From assembly GCA_053919585.1 (NCBI GenBank), contig JBSSHM010000055.1: a stretch of DNA of 64,000 nt. One strand, given 5' to 3'. Both the position numbers and the translations under genes were made by a program. Below are positions 1 through 11,383 of the stretch, piece after piece. Source of the DNA: Euprymna scolopes (lineage: Eukaryota). The first letter of the stretch is position 1. Every line of letters starts with the position of its first letter. A model generated the notes under the pieces. It was not told the DNA's origin, did not search any database, and saw only the letters and a list, made by a program, of their open reading frames with translations.

Positions 1-3000
1 AGATTATGTATTGATATCGTTTTTGTATTATTCTGTTGAATAGTGAATAGCTAGATTATGTATTGATATCGTTTTTGTATTATTCTGTTGAATAGTGAAT
101 AGTAAGATTATGTATTGATATCGTTTTTGTATTATTCTGTTGAATAGTGAATAGTAAGATTATGTATTGATATCGTTTTTGTATTATTCTGTTGAATAGT
201 GAATAGTCAGATTATGTATTGATATCGTTTTTGTATTATTCTGTTGAATAGTGAATAGTAAGATTATGTATTGATATCGTTTTTGTATTATTCTGTTGAA
301 TAGTGAATAGCAAGATTATGTATTGATATCGTTTTTGTATTATTCTGTTGAATAGTGAATAGTCAGATTATGTATTGATATCGTTTTTGTATTATTCTGT
401 TGAATAGTGAATAGTAAGATTATGTATGGATATCGTTTTTGTATTATTCTGTTGAATAGTGAATAGCAAGATTATGTATTGATATCGTTTTTGTATTATT
501 CCTTTGAATAGTGAATAGTCAGATTATGTATTGATATCGTTTTTGTATTATCCCTTTGAATAGTGAATAGTCAGATTATGTATTGATATCGTTTTTGTAT
601 TATTCTGTTGAATAGTGAATAGTCAGATTATGTATTGATATCGTTTTTGTATTATTCTGTTGAATAGTAAAAATACCGATTATGTATTGATATCATTGTT
701 GTATTATTCTGTTGAATAGTGAATAGTCAGATTATGTATTGATATCGTTTTTGTATTATTCCGTTGAATAGTGAATAGTCAGATTATGTATTGATATCGT
801 TTTTGTATTATTCCGTTAAATAGTGAATAGTAAGATTATGTATTGATATCATTGTTGTATAATTCTGTTCAATAGTGAATAGTCAGATTATGTATTGATA
901 TCGTTTTTGTATTATTCCGTTGAATAGTGAATAGTAAGATTATGTATTGATATCGTTTTTGCATTATTCCGTTGAATAGTGAATAGTCAGATTATGTATT
1001 GATATCGTTTTTGTATTATTCTGTTGAATAGTGAATAGTCAGATTATGTATTGATATCGTTTTTGTATTATTCCGTTGAATAGTGAATAGTCAGAATATG
1101 TATTGATATCGTTTTTGTATTATTCTGTTGAATAGTTAATAGTCAGATTATTAATTTATATCATTGTTGTATTATTCTGTTGAATAGTGAATAGTCAGAT
1201 TATGTATTGATATCGTTTTTGTATTATTCTGTTGAATAGTGAATAGTCAGATTATGTATTGATATCGTTTTTGTATTATTCTGTTGAATAGTGAATAGTC
1301 AGATTATGTATTGATATCGTTTTTGTATTTTTCTGTGTAATAGTGAATAGCAAGATTATGTATTGATATCGTTTTTTTATTATTCTGTTGAATACTGAAT
1401 AGTCAGAGTATGTATTGATATCGTTTTTGTATTTTTCTGTTGAATAGTGAATAGTCAGATTATGTATTGATATCGTTTTTGTATTATTCTGTTGAATAGT
1501 GAATAGTCAGATTATGTATTGATATCGTTTTTGTATTATTCCGTTGAATAGTGAATAGTTGGATTATGTTTTGATATCGTTTTTGTATAATTCTGTTGAA
1601 TAGTGAATAGCAAGATTATGTATTGATATCGTTTTTTTATTATTCTGTTGAATAGTGAATAGTCAGATTATGTATTGATATCGTTTTTGTATTATTCTGT
1701 TGAATAGTGAATAGTCAGATTATGTATTGATATCGTTTTTGTATTATTCTGTTCAATAGTGAATAGTAAGATTATGTATTGATATCGTTTTTGTATTATT
1801 CCGTTGAATAGTGAATAGTCAGATTATGTATTGATATCGTTTTTGTATTATTCCGTTGAATAGTGAATAGTCAGATTATGTATTGATATCGTTTTTGTAT
1901 TATTCTGTTGAATAGTGAATAGTCAGATTATGTATTGATATCGTTTTTGTATTATTCTGTTGAATAGTGAATAGTCAGATTATGTATTGATATCGTTTTT
2001 GTATTATTCTGTTGAATAGTGAATAGTCAGATTATGTATTAATATCGGTTTGTATTATTCCGTGGAATAGTGAATAGTCGGATTATGTATTGATATCGTT
2101 TTTGTATTATTTCGTTGAATAGTGAATAGTCCGATTATGTATTGATATCGTTTTTGTATTGTTCTGTTGAATAGTGAATATTCAGATTATGTATTGATAT
2201 CGTTTTTGTATTATTTCGTTGAATAGTGAATAGTCCGATTATGTATTTATATCGTTTTTGTATTATTCTGTTGAATAGTGTATAGTCAGATTATGTATTG
2301 ATATCATTGTTGAATTATTCTGTTGAAAAGTAAATAGTCAGATTATGTATTAATATCGTTTTTGTATTATTCCGTTGAATAGTGAATAGTCAGATTATGT
2401 ATTGATATCGTTTTTGTATTATTCCGTTGAATAGTGAATAGTCAGATTATGTATTGATATCGTTTTTGTATTATTCTGTTGAATAGTGAATAGTCAGATT
2501 ATGTATTGATATCGTTTTTGTATTTTTCTGTTGAATAGTGAATAGTAAGATTATGTATTGATATCATTTTTGTATTCTTCCGTTGAATAGTGAATAGTCA
2601 GATTATGTATTGATATCGTTTTTGCATTTTTCCGTTGAATAGTGAATAGTCAGATTATGTATTGATATCGTTTTTGTATTATTCTGTTGAATAGTGAATA
2701 GTCAGATTATGTATTGATATCGTTTTTGTATTATTCCGTTGAATAGTGAATAGTCAGATTATGTATTGATATCGTTTTTGCATTATTCTGTTGAATAGTT
2801 AATAATCAGATTATTTATTTATATCATTGTTGTATTATTCTGTTGAATAGTGAATAGTCAGATTATTTATTGATATCGTTTTTGTATTATTCCGTTGAAT
2901 AGTGAATAGTCAGATTATGTATTGATATCGTTTTTGTATTATTCTGTTGAATAGTGAATAGTCAGATTATGTATTGATATCGTTTTTGTATTATTCTGTG

Positions 3001-5647
3001 TAATAGTTAATAGCAAGATTATGTATTGATATCGTTTTTTTATTATTCTGTTGAATACTGAATAGTCAGAGTATGTATTGATATCGTTTTTGTATGTTTC
3101 TGTTGAATAGTGAATAATCAGATTATGTATTGATATCGTTTTTGTATTATTCTGCTGAATAGTGAATAGTCAGATTATGTATTGATATCGTTTTTGTATT
3201 ATTCCGTTGAATAGTGAATAGTTAGATTATGTATTGATATCGTTTTTGTATTATTCCGTTGAATAGTGAATAGTCAGATTATGTATTGATATCGTTTTTG
3301 TATTATTCTGTTGAATAGTGAATAGCTAGATTATGTATTGATATCGTTTTTGTATTATTCTGTTGAATAGTGAATAGTAAGATTATGTATTGATATCGTT
3401 TTTGTATTATTCTGTTGAATAGTGAATAGTAAGATTATGTATTGATATCGTTTTTGTATTATTCTGTTGAATAGTGAATAGTCAGATTATGTATTGATAT
3501 CGTTTTTGTATTATTCTGTTGAATAGTGAATAGTAAGATTATGTATTGATATCGTTTTTGTATTATTCTGTTGAATAGTGAATAGCAAGATTATGTATTG
3601 ATATCGTTTTTGTATTATTCTGTTGAATAGTGAATAGTCAGATTATGTATTGATATCGTTTTTGTATTATTCTGTTGAATAGTGAATAGTAAGATTATGT
3701 ATTGATATCGTTTTTGTATTATTCTGTTGAATAGTGAATAGCAAGATTATGTATTGATATCGTTTTTGTATTATTCCTTTGAATAGTGAATAGTCAGATT
3801 ATGTATTGATATCGTTTTTGTATTATCCCTTTGAATAGTGAATAGTCAGATTATGTATTGATATCGTTTTTGTATTATTCTGTTGAATAGTGAATAGTCA
3901 GATTATGTATTGATATCGTTTTTGTATTATTCTGTTGAATAGTAAAAATACCGATTATGTATTGATATCATTGTTGTATTATTCTGTTGAATAGTGAATA
4001 GTCAGATTATGTATTGATATCGTTTTTGTATTATTCCGTTGAATAGTGAATAGTCAGATTATGTATTGATATCGTTTTTGTATTATTCCGTTAAATAGTG
4101 AATAGTAAGATTATGTATTGATATCATTGTTGTATAATTCTGTTCAATAGTGAATAGTCAGATTATGTATTGATATCGTTTTTGTATTATTCCGTTGAAT
4201 AGTGAATAGTAAGATTATGTATTGATATCGTTTTTGCATTATTCCGTTGAATAGTGAATAGTCAGATTATGTATTGATATCGTTTTTGTATTATTCTGTT
4301 GAATAGTGAATAGTCAGATTATGTATTGATATCGTTTTTGTATTATTCCGTTGAATAGTGAATAGTCAGAATATGTATTGATATCGTTTTTGTATTATTC
4401 TGTTGAATAGTTAATAGTCAGATTATTAATTTATATCATTGTTGTATTATTCTGTTGAATAGTGAATAGTCAGATTATGTATTGATATCGTTTTTGTATT
4501 ATTCTGTTGAATAGTGAATAGTCAGATTATGTATTGATATCGTTTTTGTATTATTCTGTTGAATAGTGAATAGTCAGATTATGTATTGATATCGTTTTTG
4601 TATTTTTCTGTGTAATAGTGAATAGCAAGATTATGTATTGATATCGTTTTTTTATTATTCTGTTGAATACTGAATAGTCAGAGTATGTATTGATATCGTT
4701 TTTGTATTTTTCTGTTGAATAGTGAATAGTCAGATTATGTATTGATATCGTTTTTGTATTATTCTGTTGAATAGTGAATAGTCAGATTATGTATTGATAT
4801 CGTTTTTGTATTATTCCGTTGAATAGTGAATAGTTGGATTATGTTTTGATATCGTTTTTGTATTATTCTGTTGAATAGTGAATAGCAAGATTATGTATTG
4901 ATATCGTTTTTTTATTATTCTGTTGAATAGTGAATAGTCAGATTATGTATTGATATCGTTTTTGTATTATTCTGTTGAATAGTGAATAGTCAGATTATGT
5001 ATTGATATCGTTTTTGTATTATTCTGTTCAATAGTGAATAGTAAGATTATGTATTGATATCGTTTTTGTATTATTCCGTTGAATAGTGAATAGTCAGATT
5101 ATGTATTGATATCGTTTTTGTATTATTCCGTTGAATAGTGAATAGTCAGATTATGTATTGATATCGTTTTTGTATTATTCTGTTGAATAGTGAATAGTCA
5201 GATTATGTATTGATATCGTTTTTGTATTATTCTGTTGAATAGTGAATAGTCAGATTATGTATTGATATCGTTTTTGTATTATTCTGTTGAATAGTGAATA
5301 GTCAGATTATGTATTAATATCGGTTTGTATTATTCCGTGGAATAGTGAATAGTCGGATTATGTATTGATATCGTTTTTGTATTATTTCGTTGAATAGTGA
5401 ATAGTCCGATTATGTATTGATATCGTTTTTGTATTGTTCTGTTGAATAGTGAATATTCAGATTATGTATTGATATCGTTTTTGTATTATTTCGTTGAATA
5501 GATAATAGTCCGATTATGTATTTATATCGTTTTTGTATTATTCTGTTGAATAGTGAATAGTCAGATTATGTATTGATATCATTGTTGAATTATTCTGTTG
5601 AAAAGTAAATAGTCAGATTATGTATTAATATCGTTTTTGTATTATTC
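1..5647 (+). repeat. Tandem segment duplication with a 63-monomer period (3,275 bp); second copy partial
   Basis: Rare markers recur at an offset of exactly 3,275 (63x52-1): TAGCTAG 51/3326, AAAAATACCG 676/3951, GAATACTG 1395/4670, GAAAAGTAAAT 2326/5601. About 4 differences seen over about 2.37 kb. The match ends near 2372/5647. Confidence 0.93.
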
Positions 5648-5869
5648 TGTTTAATAGTGAATAGTCAGATTATGTATTGATATCGTTTTTGTATTATTCT
5701 GTTGAATAGTGAATAGTCAGATTATGTATTGATATCGTTTTTGTATTATTCTGTTGAATAGTGAATAGTCAGATTATGTATTGATATCGTTTTTGTATTA
5801 TTCTGTTGAATAGTGAATAGTCAGATTATGTATTGATTTCGTTATTTATTATTCTGTTGAATAGTGAAT

Positions 5870-8100
5870 AGTCAGATTATTTATTGATATCGTTTTTGTA
5901 TTATTCTGTTGAATAGTGAATAGTCAGATTATGTATTGATATCGTTTTTGTATTATTCTGTTGAATAGTGAATAGTCAGATTATGTATTGATATCGTTTT
6001 TGTATTATTCTGTTGAATAGTGAATAGTCAGATTATTTATTGATATCGTTTTTGTATTATTCCGTTGAATAGTGAATAGTCAGATTATTTATTGATATCG
6101 TTTTTGTATTATTCTGTTGAATAGTGAATAGTCAGATTATGTATTGATATCGTTTTTGTATTATTCTGTTGAATAGTGAATAGTCAGATTATGTATTGAT
6201 ATCGTTTTTGTATTATTCTGTTGAATAGTGAATAGTCAGATTATGTATTGATATCGTTTTTGTATTATTCCGTTGAATAGTGAATAGTCAGATTATTTAT
6301 TGATATCGTTTTTGTATTATTCTGTTGAATAGTGAATAGTCAGATTATTTATTGATATCGTTTTTGTATTATTCTGTTGAATAGTGAATAGTCAGATTAT
6401 GTATTGATATCGTTTTTGTATTATTCTGTTGAATAGTGAATAGTCAGATTATGTATTGATATCGTTTTTGTATTATTATGTTGAATAGTGAATAGTCAGA
6501 TTATGTATTGATATCGTTTTTGTATTATTCTGTTGAATAGTGAATAGTCAGATTATTTATTGATATCGTTTTTGTATTATTCTGTTGAATAGTGAATAGT
6601 CAGATTATTTATTGATATCGTTTTTGTATTATTCCGTTGAATAGTGAATAGTCAGATTATTTATTGATATCGTTTTTGTATTATTCTGTTGAATAGTGAA
6701 TAGTCAGATTATGTATTGATATCGTTTTTATATTATTCTGTTGAATAGTGAATAGTCAGATTATGTATTGATATCGTTTTTGTATTATTCTGTTGAATAG
6801 TGAATAGTCAGATTATGTATTGATATCGTTTTTGTATTATTCCGTTGAATAGTGAATAGTCAGATTATTTATTGATATCGTTTTTGTATTATTCTGTTGA
6901 ATAGTGAATAGTCAGATTATGTATTGATATCGTTTTTGTATTATTCTGTTGAATAGTGAATAGTCAGATTATGTATTGATATCGTTTTCGTATTATTCTG
7001 TTGAATAGTGAATAGTCAGATTATGTATTGATATCGTTTTTGTATTATTCTGTTGAATAGTGAATAGTCAGATTATTTATTGATATCGTTTTTGTATTAT
7101 TCTGTTGAATAGTGAATAGTCAGATTATTTATTGATATCGTTTTTGTATTATTCCGTTGAATAGTGAATAGTCAGATTATTTATTGATATCGTTTTTGTA
7201 TTATTCTGTTGAATAGTGAATAGTCAGATTATGTATTGATATCGTTTTTGTATTATTCTGTTGAATAGTTAATAGTCAGATTATGTATTGATATCGTTTT
7301 TGTATTATTCTGTTGAATAGTGAATAGTCAGATTATGTATTGATATCGTTTTTGTATTATTCCGTTGAATAGTGAATAGTCAGATTATTTATTGATATCG
7401 TTTTTGTATTATTCTGTTGAATAGTGAATAGTCAGATTATGTATTGATATCGTTTTTGTATTATTCTGTTGAATAGTGAATAGTCAGATTATGTATTGAT
7501 ATCGTTTTTGTATTATTCTGTTGAATAGTGAATAGTCAGATTATGTATTGATATCGTTTTTGTATTATTCTGTTGAATAGTGAATAGTCAGATTATTTAT
7601 TGATATCGTTTTTGTATTATTCTGTTGAATAGTGAATAGTCAGATTATGTATTGATATCGTTTTTGTATTATTCCGTTGAATAGTGAATAGTCAGATTAT
7701 TTATTGATATCGTTTTTGTATTATTCTGTTGAATAGTGAATAGTCAGATTATGTATTGATATCGTTTTTGTATTATTCTGTTGAATAGTGAATAGTCAGA
7801 TTATTTATTGATATCGTTTTTGTATTATTCTGTTGAATAGTGAATAGTCAGATTATGTATTGATATCGTTTTTGTATTATTCCGTTGAATAGTGAATAGT
7901 CAGATTATTTATTGATATCGTTTTTGTATTATTCTGTTGAATAGTGAATAGTCAGATTATGTATTGATATCGTTTTTGTATTATTCTGTTGAATAGTGAA
8001 TAGTCAGATTATGTATTGATATCGTTTTTGTATTATTCTGTTGAATAGTGAATAGTCAGATTATGTATTGATATCGTTTTTGTATTATTCCGTTGAATAG
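5870..8100 (+). repeat. Local sub-array enriched for the TTATTTATTG variant, with an approximately 10-monomer (520-572 bp) higher-order period
   Basis: CCG-variant monomers at 6062, 6270, 6634, 6842, 7154, 7362, 7674, 7882 and 8090 (spacing 4,7,4,6,4,6,4,4 monomers). The first eight are each followed by a TTATTTATTG monomer. Confidence 0.8.
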
Positions 8101-8749
8101 TGAATAGTCAGATTATGTATTGATATCGTTTTTGTATTATTCCGTTGAATAGTGAATAGTCAGATTATGTATTGATATCGTTTTTGTATTATTCCTTTGA
8201 ATAGTGAATAGTCAGATTATGTATTGATATCGTTTTTGTATTATTCCGTTGAATAGTGAATAGTCAGATTATGTATTGATATCGTTTTTGTATTATTCTG
8301 TTGAATAGTGAATAGTCAGATTATGTATTAATATCGTTTTTGTATAATTCTGTTGAAAGTGAATAGTCCGATTATGTATTTATATCGTTTTTGTATTATT
8401 CTGTTGAATAGTGAATAGTCAGATTATGTATTGATATCATTGTTGAATTATTCTGTTGAATAGTGAATAGTCCGATTATGTATTTATATCGTTTTTTTAT
8501 TATTCTGTTGAATAGTGAATAGTCAGATTATGTATTAATATCGTTTTTGTATTATTCTGTTGAATAGTGAATAGTCAGATTATGTATTGATATCGTTTTT
8601 GTATTATTCCTTTGAATAGTGAATAGTCAGATTATGTATTGATATCGTTTTTGTATTATTCCGTTTAATAGTGAATAGTCAGATTATGTATTGATATTGT
8701 TTTTGTATTATTCTGTTGGTTAGTGAATAGTCAGATTATGTATTGATAT

Positions 8750-9620
8750 CGTTTTTGTATTTTTCTGTGTAATAGTGAATAGCAAGATTATATATTGATA
8801 TCGTTTTTTTATTATTCTGTTGAATACTGAATAGTCAGAGTATGTACTGATATCGTTTTTGTATTTTTCTGTTGAATAGTGAATAGTCAGATTATGTATT
8901 GATATCGTTTTTGTATTATTCTGTTGAATAGTGAATAGTCAGATTATGTATTGATATCGTTTTTGTATTATTCCGTTGAATAGTGAATAGTTAGATTATG
9001 TTTTGATATCGTTTTTGTATTATTCTGTTGAATAGTGAATAGCAAGATTATGTATTGATATCGTTTTTGTATTATTCTGTTGAATAGTGAATAGTCAGAT
9101 TATGTATTGATATCGTTTTTGTATTATTCTGTTGAATAGTGAATAGTCAGATTATGTATTGATATCGTTTTTGTATTATTCTGTTCAATAGTGAATAGTA
9201 AGATTATGTATTGATATCGTTTTTGTATTATTCCGTTGAATAGTGAATAGTCAGATTATGTATTGATATCGTTTTTGTATTATTCCGTTGAATAGTGAAT
9301 AGTCAGATTATGTATTGATATCGTTTTTGTATTATTCTGTTGAATAGTGAATAGTCAGATTATGTATTGATATCGTTTTTGTATTATTCCGTTGAATAGT
9401 GAATAGTCAGATTATGTATTGATATCGTTTTTGTATTATTCTGTTGAATAGTGAATAGTCAGATTATGTATTAATATCGTTTTGTATTATTCCGTGGAAT
9501 AGTGAATAGTCGGATTATCTATTGATATCGTTTTTGTATTATTTCGTTGAATAGTGAATAGTCCGATTATGTATTGATATCGTTTTTGTATTATTCTGTT
9601 AAATAGTGAATATTCAGATT
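8750..9620 (+). repeat. Third, dispersed copy of the variant cassette at about 1320-2190 / 4595-5465
   Basis: Same ordered markers (TTTTCTGTGTAAT, GAATACTG..CAGAGTATG, ATGTTTTGAT, CTGTTCAAT, CCGTGGAAT..GTCGG, GAATATTC) at offset 7,432 from the first copy (1395/8827, 2181/9613). Confidence 0.85.
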
Positions 9621-10655
9621 ATGTATTGATATCGTTTTTGTATTATTCCGTTGAATAGTTAATAGTCAGATTATATATTTATATCATTGTTGTATAATTC
9701 TGTTGAATAGTGAATAGTCAGATTATGTATTGATATCGTTTTTGTATTATTCCGTTGAATAGTGAATAGTCAGATTATGTATTGATATCGTTTTTGTATT
9801 ATTCCGTTGAATAGTGAATAGTCAGATTATGTATTGATATCGTTTTTGTATTATTCTGTTGAATAGTGAATAGTCAGATTATGTCTTGATATCGTTTTTG
9901 TATTATTCCGTTGAATAGTGAATAGTCAGATTATGTATTGATATCGTTTTTGTATTATTCTGTTGAATAGTGAATAGTCAGATTATGTATTAATATCGTT
10001 TTGTATTATTCCGTGGAATAGTGAATAGTCGGATTATGTATTGATATCGTTTTTGTATTATTTCGTTGAATAGTGAATAGTCCGATTATGTATTGATATC
10101 GTTTTTGTATTATTCTGTTGAATAGTGAATATTCAGATTATGTATTGATATCGTTTTTGTATTATTCTGTTGAATAGTGAATAGTCAGATTATGTATTAA
10201 TATCGTTTTTGTATTATTCTGTTGAATAGTGAATAGTCAGATTATGTATTGATATCGTTTTTGTATTATTCTGTTGAATAGTGAATAGTCAGATTATGTA
10301 TTGATATCGTTTTTGTATTATTCTGTTGAATAGTGAATAGTCAGATTATGTATTAATATCGTTTTTGTATTATTCTGTTGAATAGTGAATAGTCAGATTA
10401 TGTATTGATATCGTTTTTGTATTATTCTGTTGAATAGTGAATAGTCAGATTATGTATTGATATCTTTTTTTTTATTATTCTGTTGAATAGTGAATAGTCA
10501 GATTATGTATTGATATCGTTTTTGTATTATTCCGTTGAATAGTGAATAGTCAGATTATGTATTGATATTGTTTTTGTATTCTTTCTTTGAATAGTGAATA
10601 GTCAGATTATGTATTGATATCGTTTTTGTATTATTCCGTTGAATAGTGAATAGTC

Positions 10656-11383
10656 AGATTATGTATTGATATCGCTTTTGTATTATTCCGTTGAATAGTT
10701 AATATTCAGATTATGTATTGATATCATTTTTGTATTATTCCGTTGAATAGTGAATAGTCAGATTATGTATTGATATCGCTTTTGTATTATTCCGTTGAAT
10801 AGTTAATATTCAGATTATGTATTGATATCATTTTTGTATTATTCCGTTGAATAGTGAATAGTCAGATTATGTATTGATATCGTTTTTGTATTATTCCGTT
10901 GAATAGTTAATATTCAGATTATGTATTGATATCATTTTTGTATTATTCCGTTGAATAGTGAATAGTCAGATTATGTATTGATATCGCTTTTGTATTATTC
11001 CGTTGAATAGTTAATATTCAGATTATGTATTGATATCATTTTTGTATTATTCCGTTGAATAGTGAATAGTCAGATTATGTATTGATATCGCTTTTGTATT
11101 ATTCCGTTGAATAGTTAATATTCAGATTATGTATTGATATCGTTTTTGTATTATTCTGTTGAATAGTGAATAGTCAGATTATGTATTGATATCGCTTTTG
11201 TATTATTCCGTTGAATAGTTAATATTCAGATTATGTATTGATATCATTTTTGTATTATTCCGTTGAATAGTGAATAGTCAGATTATGTATTGATATCGCT
11301 TTTGTATTATTCCGTTGAATAGTTAATATTCAGATTATGTATTGATATCATTTTTGTATTATTCCGTTGAATAGTGAATAGTC
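10656..11383 (+). repeat. Dimeric (104-bp) higher-order repeat, 7 copies
   Basis: Monomer X (..ATCGCTTTTG..CCGTTGAATAGTTAATATTC) alternates with monomer Y (..ATCATTTTTG..CCGTTGAATAGTGAATAGTC). TTAATATTC occurs at about 10699, 10803, 10907, 11011, 11115, 11219 and 11323. Confidence 0.93.

Noticed and set aside
10-35. Promoter-like motifs (TTGATA, TATTAT/TATAAT) and the GATATC (EcoRV) site in each monomer
   Set aside because: These are incidental in an AT-rich repeat with no downstream gene. The EcoRV site is only useful experimentally, giving a 52-bp ladder.
3-43. Monomer derived from two diverged halves (ATTATGTATTGATA versus ATTATTCTGTTGAATA; TGTATT twice)
   Set aside because: The similarity is short and gapped, and is expected by chance in 75% AT sequence, so it is not supportable without statistics.
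1-52. Canonical telomerase repeat or CENP-B box
   Set aside because: There is no TTAGGG/TTAGG-like unit or G-run, and no match to the CENP-B box core (TTCG....A..CGGG).
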